Virus record (IMG/VR): IMGVR_UViG_3300047564_001181
Location: 1 to 64,000 of that record
Source of the DNA: a virus
Strand: one strand, 5' to 3'
Length of the DNA stretch: 64,000 nucleotides
Position numbers and translations under genes: made by a program. Of the stretch, positions 28,366 to 38,385 are shown piece after piece; the stretch's first letter is position 1; each line of letters opens with the position of its first letter. The notes under the pieces were generated by a model. The model was not told the origin of the DNA. It worked only from the letters and a program-made list of their open reading frames with translations, and did no database searches.

Positions 28366-29607
28366 TCATCTTGTACTCCTAACTAGCGTAATTGCTGTTG
28401 TAGAGCCAACAATCTGTGTAACAATAATTGCTGGAATAACAGCTTTTTGTGCCTGTTTTCTTTGTTCTCTTGTCATGTCTGCACCAATATTCATAATCGC
28501 AGTAGCCACCTGACCAGGATTTGTAAAGATAGCATTGATTAAATCTGAAGGGCTTTCAAACAGTTCTAGTGCCTGAGCAACTGTGACTGTCAATTCCACT
28601 CCATTCTCTAATACAATAATGCCATCAACATTATCTAGGTTAGGGTCTGTGCTATTACAAATTTCTGTTGCAGAACCAATGTCTTCTTCTCTTCCGTCCC
28701 AATATAGTTTATATTGCTGAATTGCTGTCCATCTAACCTCTGAGTTATCTATGGGTGAGTTTCCAATACAGTTTATATTTTTATTTCTAATTTCTGGTAG
28801 TGGTTCTGGGAAGTTTGGTTTGTATGCATTGCATGCTTCTTCAACCGTATCGATATTTTCTGTGTTTCCATTCCAATATAAGTAGTATCTTTGATATGCT
28901 TGCCAAGTTTCTGTGACTTGTGTATATGGATTTGGTCCAGTGCAAGTTAGTGTCCTTGATTCAATAGTAGGCTGCGGCTCTTCTGCACACTGCTCTGTAA
29001 CTGGAATAACTGCACCATTCCAACATTCTTTTGTTTCTACTGGTATTCCACCATCTCCAACTTGAAATGTGGAATCAATTGCAACTACAGATTCATTAGC
29101 TTGATACCTAATTCCTCTTCTTAGATTTTCTGGAAGCCAGCCCTCAGATGTTACTTCTCCGACCCAAGTTCCATTATCGTATCTAAGAATTCTTAATTCA
29201 ATATATGTTAAGTCTCCTGTAGATTGTGGGTATGGTCTTACTGCCCATTTAATACATAGCGTATTTGCAGTTACTCCATACTTTAAGTAAGCCCCATCGC
29301 CCCAAGTTACCCAGTCATATCCTGCTACGGAAATGCTAGGGGTATTTGGGTAGTCCCAATATGTGGTATCAGAGACACCGAAGGATAGTACGCCATTTGT
29401 GCTTACGAATACCTGCTCATACTCTGTCTGACCCAACTTAAGACTAAACGGCAGATTCATCTGAAATGATGAGTCGTCTGCCGCAGGGAATGTTGTTGTA
29501 TTACATACATACTCTACGCTATTGTTTGCCATAACGATTGGAATATTAATTGATATCACTCCAAGAATTGTTGCGATAATAGCGAATAGTTTTATTTTTC
29601 TATTCAT
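28366..29607 (-). CDS. Secreted/membrane-anchored protein with NIDO-like N-terminal domain
   Basis: Signal peptide; DD.S...LPF...G...Y..VFVSTNGVLSFG motif; C-terminal hydrophobic segment. Confidence 0.55.
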   Translation of the reverse strand: MNRKIKLFAIIATILGVISINIPIVMANNSVEYVCNTTTFPAADDSSFQMNLPFSLKLGQTEYEQVFVSTNGVLSFGVSDTTYWDYPNTPSISVAGYDWVTWGDGAYLKYGVTANTLCIKWAVRPYPQSTGDLTYIELRILRYDNGTWVGEVTSEGWLPENLRRGIRYQANESVVAIDSTFQVGDGGIPVETKECWNGAVIPVTEQCAEEPQPTIESRTLTCTGPNPYTQVTETWQAYQRYYLYWNGNTENIDTVEEACNAYKPNFPEPLPEIRNKNINCIGNSPIDNSEVRWTAIQQYKLYWDGREEDIGSATEICNSTDPNLDNVDGIIVLENGVELTVTVAQALELFESPSDLINAIFTNPGQVATAIMNIGADMTREQRKQAQKAVIPAIIVTQIVGSTTAITLVRSTR

Positions 29608-29674
29608 TCACCTTTCTCCTATGCAGAACAAATGTCTGCTTAGTTAATTATACTTTATAATTGAACTAAATACG

Positions 29675-29709
29675 AAAAGGGGACAGGAAAAATCCTGTCC
29701 CCTATTCTT
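29675..29709 (-). terminator. Intrinsic terminator
   Basis: GGGGACAGGA-aaaa-TCCTGTCCCC flanked by A/T runs. Confidence 0.7.
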
Positions 29710-29725
29710 TGGGTTACAAATTAAA

Positions 29726-30256
29726 TTAATACCAATTTTTTAATTTAAAATGTGAATAAGCATCACAAGGAGTGCCATATCGTAAATCGATATACTTTGC
29801 ACCCCATTCAATTTGTGTTGCTGGGTTAGTCATCCAATCGTCTCCTGCACTTGCCATTTTATTTGCAGGTAGTGATTGAGGAATTCCGTAAGCACCAGAT
29901 GATGAATTCTTAGCAAGATGATTCCATCCGCTTTCACGAGTCCAAAGAGTACTTAAACAGGAAAATTGTTTTTGTTCCCATCCATATTTCTCTTTAATAT
30001 ACCATTCAGCGTACATCTTATTACTTTTAGGATTTCCTAAAACAATTTGAATAGAAACTTCGTTTTTCTTATTTCTATCTACTTTTGTCTTAAAAGACTT
30101 ACTAGCAAGGGTCTTGTCCTGACCCTTCAGCTCTTTCAGTTTAGCTTCCGACAGGATTACTGTGGAGCCGTTTGTAAGAGCTAGAGCAGGGTCTTGACTT
30201 GTGTTTGACCCTACTACGGCTAGAGTTACTACAACGAGTGTTGTTGCTATTTTCAT
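29726..30256 (-). CDS. Lytic transglycosylase-like (lysozyme fold) secreted protein
   Basis: Signal peptide; LW.RESGWN...SSGAYGIPQ...NP.TQI.WG..YI..RYG. Confidence 0.85.
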   Translation of the reverse strand: MKIATTLVVVTLAVVGSNTSQDPALALTNGSTVILSEAKLKELKGQDKTLASKSFKTKVDRNKKNEVSIQIVLGNPKSNKMYAEWYIKEKYGWEQKQFSCLSTLWTRESGWNHLAKNSSSGAYGIPQSLPANKMASAGDDWMTNPATQIEWGAKYIDLRYGTPCDAYSHFKLKNWY

Positions 30257-30295
30257 AGCCTTACCACCTTTCGCAACCGCCCTCGTAGGACAGCT

Positions 30296-31327
30296 TTATT
30301 TTATTGCATGTGGAATAGACTCACCTTTTGCGAGACTACTTACTTCCACATACATACATTCTACACTAAGGTCAGACAGTTTGTCAATCCCAGAGTAAGA
30401 AATGCCCGATTTAATACCATTTTCAAAAGAAATTAATGTATTTACTACTGTTCCTTTATACGGAATTACAGTTGATACACCCTCTACAACAGAAACATAT
30501 CCTCGTGAATGTTGTGCATCTGCACTTGCCATTCCACGAAATTCCTTACTGATTGGATTACCATTGCTATCATAGTGAGTTTCTCCTGGACTTTCATCAT
30601 GACCAGCAAGAACTGAGCCGAGCATAACTGCATGAGCACCTGCAGCAAATGCCTTTACAGCATCACCACTATTACGAATACCACCATCAGCAATGATTGA
30701 GGCATCGGTGTCCTTCCTATGCTCTACAATATCCATAATTGATGCTAGTGTTGGAATGCCGTGACCAGTAACAATACGAGTAGTACAGGCTGAGCCTCCA
30801 CCGATTCCTACACGAATTGAGTCTGCCCCAGCATCTGAAAGACGCTTAAAACCTTCCCAAGTAGAAACATTGCCCGCCATGATATGTACAGGAAGCTCTC
30901 TAAGCCTTTCTACAGCCCTAATAGCAATTTCGCTATGCCCATTAGCCGTATCTACAATAAGGCAGCTAACGCCCTCTCCTACAAGTTTTTGGGCATGTTC
31001 AAAGAAGTCTCCAGTTGCACCTATTGCAAAGAAGTTGTTAATATATCCATCTTCTCTAAGATTTCTTGCAATGTTTATCTGTTGTTCATTTGACATATAT
31101 CTATGAATTGAGCCAGTAGCACCCATATTTGCAAGAACAACTGACATGTATTCATCACATACTGTATCCATTGGTGCAGCAATAATTGGTAATCCTAAAT
31201 TAATTAATCTATTATCTCTACCAATATTCATTACTAAATCAACATTTTTTCTACTTTTTACATCCGAGTGCTGTGGCACAAGAAGGATATCATCGAAGGA
31301 CAAAGCCTTCTCAATATATTTTTTCAT
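30296..31327 (-). CDS. IMP dehydrogenase/GMP reductase family, no CBS domains
   Basis: [37 protein letters not shown]. Confidence 0.9.
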   Translation of the reverse strand: MKKYIEKALSFDDILLVPQHSDVKSRKNVDLVMNIGRDNRLINLGLPIIAAPMDTVCDEYMSVVLANMGATGSIHRYMSNEQQINIARNLREDGYINNFFAIGATGDFFEHAQKLVGEGVSCLIVDTANGHSEIAIRAVERLRELPVHIMAGNVSTWEGFKRLSDAGADSIRVGIGGGSACTTRIVTGHGIPTLASIMDIVEHRKDTDASIIADGGIRNSGDAVKAFAAGAHAVMLGSVLAGHDESPGETHYDSNGNPISKEFRGMASADAQHSRGYVSVVEGVSTVIPYKGTVVNTLISFENGIKSGISYSGIDKLSDLSVECMYVEVSSLAKGESIPHAIK

Positions 31328-31330
31328 TAA

Positions 31331-32035
31331 TTATCTATTCCAACATTCTGTGTTATTAATTGCTAATTCTTTATTAATCCAAATTTGGTCTTCAATATCC
31401 CATCCCCATTCGTATGAAATATCGGCAAGATAGAAACCATTATCTTCCATAAATTTTTGGACTTCAAGGTTATTCCTATGGTTGTTATGTGTTGGCTTCT
31501 TTTCTGTTTCTAGGTGTAGTAACTTGACATTACGAAGGTTCTCTTTAAATCCCTGTAAAACTTGCCAACTATATCCTTCGGTATCAACCTTTACAATGTC
31601 AATAATTCCTTCTGTCAATCCAACAGAGTTGAGGAAAAAGTCCATAGTTAAAACAAATACTGGGATTTCTTCAATATGTCCTTGCAAGTCTTGTTGGTTA
31701 GCAATCCTAGATGAATATAAAGACGAACACCCCTGATAGTCTTCTCTATCATGATTTACCTTCATGAACATATCTGTACCGTTAAAGTCGGAGATTGCGT
31801 TCTGATAAACTTCCATAAAGCCATAAAACTTTTTAGTCTTCTCTACAGCACTAGGATTAGCATCAATTGCAATAAGTCTATTTACTCTATCCTTCCCTAG
31901 TTTATTTGATAAATAAGCTAAATCATGACCGTCACGAGTTCCAACATCAATAAGAATCTTTGCACCTTCACCAAAGAACTTTCTAAAGTTAGTTACTACT
32001 GGTTCTAATGGATTTACATTAACTAGATGTCCCAC
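31331..32035 (-). CDS. FkbM-family methyltransferase
   Basis: IDVGT..G and IDIVKVDTEG. Confidence 0.85.
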   Translation of the reverse strand: MGHLVNVNPLEPVVTNFRKFFGEGAKILIDVGTRDGHDLAYLSNKLGKDRVNRLIAIDANPSAVEKTKKFYGFMEVYQNAISDFNGTDMFMKVNHDREDYQGCSSLYSSRIANQQDLQGHIEEIPVFVLTMDFFLNSVGLTEGIIDIVKVDTEGYSWQVLQGFKENLRNVKLLHLETEKKPTHNNHRNNLEVQKFMEDNGFYLADISYEWGWDIEDQIWINKELAINNTECWNR

Positions 32036-33185
32036 TAATACCCCTTAAATAATCTTTCAATGTTTCTGTTGTACCTTTCCAAGTTAATCTCTCTGAACCT
32101 TGTCTATGTATAGTTGGAATTTTAAACCTGCAAGCCTCCGCCACAAACTCTTTGAATTGAGATTCTGAATCTGTAACTCTAACAAAATCTGCTAAAGCAA
32201 AGTCCTCAAACCCTCTAAATGAAACAGATGTACCCACCACTGGTCTTCCAGATACAAGTGCTTCTGCTGTTTTTAGATTTGAGCCGCCGCCATATGGAAT
32301 AGGAAGTGCAATAACATTTGCAGACTCAAGTAGTTGATTTAATTCTTTATCTGTACGCTTTCCAAGAAAACGAATTGTAGTGTCGTGATACTCGTTTCTT
32401 TCTGGACCTAATTTTCCACGAAGACCATCACACATTGTGCCAACAAAGATTAAATCTGTATGGTCTGGTAGCCAATCAACCGCATTATAAAGATACTTGA
32501 TTGAACCTTCAATGTTTGGTGGATGTCCAGAACCTACAACAAGAGCATAGGTATGTGCAGATTTAACATCGCTTAGACTGGCATTAGTTCCATTATTAAC
32601 TGCAACTACATTTTTAGCACCATTTTTTCTAAACCATTCAGCATCTCGTTCTGTAACACAAATAACCAAATCTGAATTTTCAGCAATTTCAATTTCAGTA
32701 TCTTCTAGAAAATCAATTGCTGCATTCATATGCTTTGGCTCAAGACCTTCTAATAGTTCTGGCTTTAACATAAACTCGATATTGTGACTAGAATGAATAA
32801 CCTTAACTTCTGGATAACGCTTCTTTAGCTTCTTTACTTCAGTCCACATCCAAGGATGGTCGAATATGATAGCGTCTGGAACTCCATTCAAGAATCCCTC
32901 TATTCCCATATCCTTAAATAGCATAGCAATATCATCTAATTGAGGATGATTACTCTTCATAAACTCTGGCATAGGAAGCCAGGCAAAATGCAAATTATTG
33001 CAATTAACTACATAGGAATTAGGAAATACTTCCTTGACTGCCTTACTAATTTCTCTAGACCTAATTGCACCACCCCACTCACCATCTGCAGGAAATGGAG
33101 ATAGAGATACAATAGTTGCATCTTCTGGAAGACTAAACCCAGAATCTGAGTATGCCCTAATCTTTTTCATTATCAAATCTTTCAT
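32019..33185 (-). CDS. Glycosyltransferase, GT4-like
   Basis: HNIE and GGGSNLKTAEAL..GRPVV. Confidence 0.85.
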   Translation of the reverse strand: MKDLIMKKIRAYSDSGFSLPEDATIVSLSPFPADGEWGGAIRSREISKAVKEVFPNSYVVNCNNLHFAWLPMPEFMKSNHPQLDDIAMLFKDMGIEGFLNGVPDAIIFDHPWMWTEVKKLKKRYPEVKVIHSSHNIEFMLKPELLEGLEPKHMNAAIDFLEDTEIEIAENSDLVICVTERDAEWFRKNGAKNVVAVNNGTNASLSDVKSAHTYALVVGSGHPPNIEGSIKYLYNAVDWLPDHTDLIFVGTMCDGLRGKLGPERNEYHDTTIRFLGKRTDKELNQLLESANVIALPIPYGGGSNLKTAEALVSGRPVVGTSVSFRGFEDFALADFVRVTDSESQFKEFVAEACRFKIPTIHRQGSERLTWKGTTETLKDYLRGISGTSS

Positions 33186-33326
33186 ACTCTGAAAATTCTG
33201 TATGTTCTAAATATTCTTCATGAACAATTCCATCTTTTTCCCAAGTAACAAGCGAGAAAAAAGTACCATGCTGAATAACAGTTCCAATACAACTATCATC
33301 AAATATCCAGACTTTATCTCCAGAAC

Positions 33327-33596
33327 TCATCTCATTCCCCTTCCAGGTGGGTCTCCAACAGCACCATCAAAGTATACCTTAGTTGCTCCCATAGACAAAA
33401 GAATATTTCTTAACCTATGTAAGTATTCAATGATTGAAACCTTTTGTCCATCCGACAAAGCCATGATTTGATTCTCATATACCCTAATGGCAATGTAGTC
33501 AGGAAACTCTACGAAATCAACTGCTAATCCAGAATAAGGTGGCTTAACCGTTCTAACGGCAGTCATCATTTCTGGGGTATACTTATGCTTCTTCAC
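33327..33596 (-). CDS. Hypothetical protein
   Basis: ORF track; coupled to the WhiB gene. Confidence 0.6.
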   Translation of the reverse strand: MKKHKYTPEMMTAVRTVKPPYSGLAVDFVEFPDYIAIRVYENQIMALSDGQKVSIIEYLHRLRNILLSMGATKVYFDGAVGDPPGRGMR

Positions 33597-33885
33597 TCTG
33601 TACCGCTGCTAAAATTTCTTCCCATATTTCTTGTGTTTTATGTGCATTGCGAGATTTGCTTATTTCTCCATCAACAAAATACACACCGCCAAATACGCCG
33701 TTAGCCCGATAAGGCTCTTGCATTTGGGTAGCATACTCAAAGCAGTCTTTAATGACTGGGCAATGTAAGCATACTGTTGTGTCAATTGTAAGTGCAAGCT
33801 TTGGGTCTTCTTCATATTTTTCAAAAAATAAGTTAACATCTAGACCTGCACATTTAGCTTTTTTTCTCCACTCATCATCGAACAT
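33583..33885 (-). CDS. whiB: WhiB-family transcription factor
   Basis: W...AKC...FF...CxxC-x5-C...GVFGG. Confidence 0.85.
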   Translation of the reverse strand: MFDDEWRKKAKCAGLDVNLFFEKYEEDPKLALTIDTTVCLHCPVIKDCFEYATQMQEPYRANGVFGGVYFVDGEISKSRNAHKTQEIWEEILAAVQSEEA

Positions 33886-34096
33886 ATCTTTGCGGAACCT
33901 TCCAGCCATCACTGTCTGGAGAGAATCGCTTTTCAAAACCCCAACGGTTTTTATATCTAACCCCACGCTTATCATATTCTGCGTTGGCATCAAACTTAAA
34001 GTCTACGATATCCCAGCCATCCCAATGCAAGAACTTATTGTTCTTGACAACATTGTGTGCTTGTTCGTAATTAATTGTAATCATTTTATCTTTCTG

Positions 34097-34465
34097 TTAG
34101 TATTTATAAATTGCTGTTTTAACGCCGAATCCATCTGCTTTATGAATCAGAGAATCCCAGGACATAATGATATCATCTTTGTTGGCAAATAACAAGACCT
34201 CGTTGATATCATGTTTTTCAAAGTTGCTCATAATATCATTATACGCAACCTTAGAAAACTTAATTTTAATTTTCTTTTGCTTAAAATACTGTTGAGTTTT
34301 ATTACAAAACTCCGCAGTAAAACTATTAACCTTGTACGGACCAGCAGTGAGCAATTCAACTGTTTTAGTTGCATCATTTATTTGACTATCAATTGCTACT
34401 ACTATTCCACGCATGAATGTATTATAGTCATCAAACTTATGACTACCATAAACAAGAATTTTCAC
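34097..34465 (-). CDS. Hypothetical protein, possibly SLOG/YspA-like
   Basis: KILVYGS..F.DY N-terminus; own TTGACA promoter. Confidence 0.4.
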   Translation of the reverse strand: MKILVYGSHKFDDYNTFMRGIVVAIDSQINDATKTVELLTAGPYKVNSFTAEFCNKTQQYFKQKKIKIKFSKVAYNDIMSNFEKHDINEVLLFANKDDIIMSWDSLIHKADGFGVKTAIYKY

Positions 34466-34515
34466 TTTCTTACCTTTCGATTAGGTATAAATTATATCAA
34501 TTTATAATGATATTG

Positions 34516-34695
34516 TCAAGGGGTTTCTGGTGCTGACCATACACCATCAATTAAAATCCAGCCGATATTCATACCTTCTGGAGAAGATTCATATTCAATT
34601 GCAGATAAACCTGTAACTTCTTCTGCAATTTCTTTTGTATCAGCTAGGATGAAGTTCACAATTTGTGAGCCATTAGAAATAAAATAACTAGGCAT
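34516..34695 (-). CDS. Small acidic partner of the Gly-rich fibre gene
   Basis: 59-aa ORF coupled to the upstream gene; IGW...GVW..P. Confidence 0.55.
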   Translation of the reverse strand: MPSYFISNGSQIVNFILADTKEIAEEVTGLSAIEYESSPEGMNIGWILIDGVWSAPETP

Positions 34696-35591
34696 TATAC
34701 ATCTCCTGTGTTAGTAGAAGGATATGCTCTACCAGAACCCCAAATAATTCTAACAGCTCCAGATGCTCCACCTAAAGCACCAGTTGAAGGGGCAGAATTG
34801 TCATCAATAGCACCGCCACCTCCGCCATAGAGACCTCCTCTACCAGAAGTAGTAACAGTCCCACCAAGAGTTCCACTATCACCACCAGAACCACCTCCGC
34901 CACCATTTGCAGTAGTTCCACTTCCAGTGCCAGCAGTTCCAGCAGTTCCTCCAAGACCAGACGAGCCTTCTCCTAAAAGACCGACACCACCGCCGCCTCC
35001 TGAATCTGCTCCATCTGAACCACCTCCGCCAGCTCCGCCGCCAGAACCAGGGTCTCCATTTACTCCAGTAGTTGATGGTGAAACTCTACCATTTCCACCA
35101 TTACCAGAATATCCACCAGCACCTCCACCACCTCCTGGGTTAGTTGTGTCAGCTTCAGAACCGCCACCATTTCCACCACCTATAGTGCCACCAACAGAAG
35201 AGCCAGTTCCACCAGAAATAGTTCCAGAACCAGAGGTTCCTCCAGTTCCGCCACCTGCAGTTAGTAATGGTGTGCCTCCTCTGGATATTGAAGAATCCCC
35301 ACCAGATGTTGCAACAGAAACGGCTCTTACTCCGCCAGCACCAACAGTAACACTTAAAGATTCTCCAGGAGTTACAGATAAAGATGTTATATATCTAAGA
35401 CCTCCACCGCCACCGCCTTTTGCACCTCCAGTGTTATAAACTCCACCTCCACCACCACCTACACATACTGCAGAAATAGATGTTACGCCTGTTGGTACAG
35501 TAAATGTTCCAGATGTTGTAAATACTTGCTGACCTGATGGACCGCCACCAGACTCAAAGTAGCTAGATGAAATTGTTCCAATAATTGGCAT
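34695..35591 (-). CDS. Glycine-rich tail/receptor-binding-like protein
   Basis: FTTSGTFTVP.GV...VGGGGGG...GAVRIIW. Confidence 0.75.
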   Translation of the reverse strand: MPIIGTISSSYFESGGGPSGQQVFTTSGTFTVPTGVTSISAVCVGGGGGGVYNTGGAKGGGGGGLRYITSLSVTPGESLSVTVGAGGVRAVSVATSGGDSSISRGGTPLLTAGGGTGGTSGSGTISGGTGSSVGGTIGGGNGGGSEADTTNPGGGGGAGGYSGNGGNGRVSPSTTGVNGDPGSGGGAGGGGSDGADSGGGGGVGLLGEGSSGLGGTAGTAGTGSGTTANGGGGGSGGDSGTLGGTVTTSGRGGLYGGGGGAIDDNSAPSTGALGGASGAVRIIWGSGRAYPSTNTGDV

Positions 35592-36706
35592 TATGCACTC
35601 AAATCTCCGAGTAGTAGCCATGAATCAGTTCCGATTTTAACAAGAGTGGCAGATGAATATGCGGCTCTAAAGTTTTTTCCTGGGGTTGCGTTAACAGTAA
35701 CACCTACAGATTGTGTAACAGACGCACCAGTAGTTAATGCTACAAGGTTAATCTGTGTGCCAATTGGATATGGAACTACTGAGTTAAGTGGAACAGTAAA
35801 AGCAAAAGCACCGTTCATCTGAACTAAAGTATTTGCATCTGCTGCAGCCAATGTATACGCACCAGTTTTAGCAGTTGTGTTAACTCTAAATGTTGGAACC
35901 AATGTAAGGTTTGTGCCGTCTCCAATATATCCATGATGATATGTTGTATCCCAAGCTATTCTACCGTCAGATGTGCTTGAGGTTGTGCTTAAAGTTAAAG
36001 TTGGGGTAGTAATAGTTGGAGAAGAACCTGTAATATATGCACCACTAACAGCAATTGTAATTGTGTCTGTGCTTGCATCTCCAGTAACAGAAATACCAGT
36101 TCCACCAGACAATGTTAATGTATCTGTAGAACTCTCTGCCTCAACATTGCTTCCAGAAGAAGGAACAATAATGGTAAATGAGTTTCCAGAGCCACCAGCA
36201 CCTGTTGCATCACTTCCATTTATCCAGTTCGTTCCATCATATTTTAATACTTGACCAGAAGCAAGTGTGCCAGATGTGATAACAACATCTGAAAGATTGT
36301 CTAAAGTATGAGTGTGAGAAGTTGTAGAATATGATGCAGTGTCTAATTCCCAAGTATCTGCTGCAGTCTTTTTAAGAAAGCCAGATGTTCCTGCTAATGC
36401 TTCAATTGCTTGAAGGTCTGCACCAGCAGAAAATGTCATTCTCTGATTTCCTTCATCCCATGAAATAACTAATCCAGAGCCTTGTCTAAACTCAATTGTA
36501 TCGGTAACAGAATCGCTACCTATTAGTTGTAAGTCAGCACCGCTGGCATTAGTTGCACCTTCTAGATGGTATGTTGTATTAGCGTCTGTTAATGAATAAC
36601 TATCAAGTTCTGTATCAATAGCTTCTGCTAGAGCTTGAAAATCCGCAGGAATATTTGGATTGTCAGAACTCGATGGGTACGGAAACCCTTTAGTTGTTGT
36701 TGGCAT
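35591..36706 (-). CDS. Tail-fibre-like structural protein
   Basis: LSDV.I...LKY.GT.W.N repeat; C-terminal W.L.GDL module. Confidence 0.7.
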   Translation of the reverse strand: MPTTTKGFPYPSSSDNPNIPADFQALAEAIDTELDSYSLTDANTTYHLEGATNASGADLQLIGSDSVTDTIEFRQGSGLVISWDEGNQRMTFSAGADLQAIEALAGTSGFLKKTAADTWELDTASYSTTSHTHTLDNLSDVVITSGTLASGQVLKYDGTNWINGSDATGAGGSGNSFTIIVPSSGSNVEAESSTDTLTLSGGTGISVTGDASTDTITIAVSGAYITGSSPTITTPTLTLSTTSSTSDGRIAWDTTYHHGYIGDGTNLTLVPTFRVNTTAKTGAYTLAAADANTLVQMNGAFAFTVPLNSVVPYPIGTQINLVALTTGASVTQSVGVTVNATPGKNFRAAYSSATLVKIGTDSWLLLGDLSA

Positions 36707-36736
36707 TACTTCTCCTTTTCACCTAATTATACCTTA

Positions 36737-37045
36737 TTATACTACCCGATTCAAGATATACTCGTGATATCCCTGTTCTCCATATAGGTCAGGAGACCAA
36801 CCATAATAAATCTCTGGATTCATTTCTTCATCTGGTAGTTGATAATATACTTGATTTACTGAATCCCAGTGCCAACCAAGTCCTGGCATATATCCTAGAT
36901 TACAGCAACATTCTACTTTATCTCCTTGCATCATCAATAATAAGTCTTGAAATATTGAGTCATCATGTTCATTAAATGTTCCAGTCCAAACAACAATGCC
37001 ATTTTTAATAATAGCGTGTGGGTGACTATCTAAATGCTCTATCAT
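36737..37045 (-). CDS. Hypothetical protein, partner of the Gly-rich gene
   Basis: ORF track; ATGA overlap. Confidence 0.55.
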   Translation of the reverse strand: MIEHLDSHPHAIIKNGIVVWTGTFNEHDDSIFQDLLLMMQGDKVECCCNLGYMPGLGWHWDSVNQVYYQLPDEEMNPEIYYGWSPDLYGEQGYHEYILNRVV

Positions 37046-38373
37046 ACAGGATACCTCACAATTACCATTCCGCTACCTCCAGTTCCTCCAGTTCCAGAAC
37101 TTGAGTTCAATCCAGCACCACCGTTTCCAGTATTTGATGTTCCAGAACCACCTCCAGAGATACTGCCACCAACACCAATTGTTCCAACCGTTGTACCAGC
37201 AGCCCGATACCAAGTCGTATATGATGAACCAGTTGAGCCAATAGTTCCAGCAGCAATACCTGCACCACCACCAGCACCAGCACCACCAGTTGTACCATTA
37301 CCACCATTACCGCCCTGAGAACCAGTTCCACCACTTACTGTTCCTCCAGAGCTAGCACCAGCACCACCACCACAAGAGCCATTACCACCTGCAGTAAAGT
37401 AGATTGCACCATAGCCTCCACCAGTTCTAGATGAACCATTAAATGAAGATGTTGAGCCAGCACTTCCGTTAACACCAGCACCACCAGAACCTCCATTGCC
37501 AACCACTACAGTATAGTTTCCAGCAGTTAAGGTTGTAGCGGCAACTGTGATAGAGTCGCTAGCCCCACCACCACCTCCACCACCACCTGAACCAGTAGAC
37601 CTAGCTCCTCCGCCTCCACCGCCAACTATTAGTGCTTCAACATTTGTTTGTGAAGCACCACTGACTGAAAGAGTTCCTCCGTTTGTAAACACATGATATT
37701 TGTATGAACCTTGTGTAAATGTTGAGTTTCCACCAGTAACTGTTGCAACAGGATTTGGTGTCACGGAAGCAGTTGCCGTAGATGCTGTTCCAGTTCCATT
37801 GGCATTAATTGCTGCAAGGGTAAATGTGTATGCAGTATTAGCTGTAAATGTACCAGTTACAGAAATAGGACTTGTAACATCAGTGCCACTGTAAGATAGC
37901 GATATCGATGGACTAGATACAATGTTATATCCAGTAATAGTTTTACCACCTGTATTTGGTGCTCCTGTCCAGGCAACGCTAACTGTTGTTGAGTTTGTTA
38001 CAGTTGCAGTAACGCCAGTAGGAGCAGATGGTGTAGATGTAATTAAAACTGAAGATGAAGCAGAAGATGTTCCACTATTTCCAATTGCATTTGTAGCTCT
38101 AACTGTAAAAGTATGGTTTGTTCCAGATGGTGATGTGTCAAGACCTGTTACTGTTGTTGGTGACCCATTTAAATCACTCTGAGAACCGCCTGGAGAACCT
38201 GTAACTAAATAAGAACTTATTGGAAGTTTTCCATCGAATGGTTCTGTGTATGTTACGGTTGCAGAACCGTTGTCGTATGCTCTATTTGTTCCAACATCTG
38301 TTGCAGATGGAGCAGCTGGTGTATTTGGAACTGTTCTAGTTGAAGAAGGAACTGCTACTACTGGTAAAACCAT
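37042..38373 (-). CDS. Fibronectin type III plus glycine-rich virion protein
   Basis: Two FN3-like domains (FTVRATN..G; YTFTLAAIN..G) and a Gly-rich C-terminus ending GSG.VIVRY. Confidence 0.75.
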   Translation of the reverse strand: MVLPVVAVPSSTRTVPNTPAAPSATDVGTNRAYDNGSATVTYTEPFDGKLPISSYLVTGSPGGSQSDLNGSPTTVTGLDTSPSGTNHTFTVRATNAIGNSGTSSASSSVLITSTPSAPTGVTATVTNSTTVSVAWTGAPNTGGKTITGYNIVSSPSISLSYSGTDVTSPISVTGTFTANTAYTFTLAAINANGTGTASTATASVTPNPVATVTGGNSTFTQGSYKYHVFTNGGTLSVSGASQTNVEALIVGGGGGGARSTGSGGGGGGGGASDSITVAATTLTAGNYTVVVGNGGSGGAGVNGSAGSTSSFNGSSRTGGGYGAIYFTAGGNGSCGGGAGASSGGTVSGGTGSQGGNGGNGTTGGAGAGGGAGIAAGTIGSTGSSYTTWYRAAGTTVGTIGVGGSISGGGSGTSNTGNGGAGLNSSSGTGGTGGSGMVIVRYPV

Positions 38374-38385
38374 AACAAATCACTC

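Noticed and set aside
34927-35439. Pro-rich plus-strand ORF and similar ones (1291, 37034, 37700, 37922)
   Set aside because: Antisense shadows of Gly/Thr-rich structural genes
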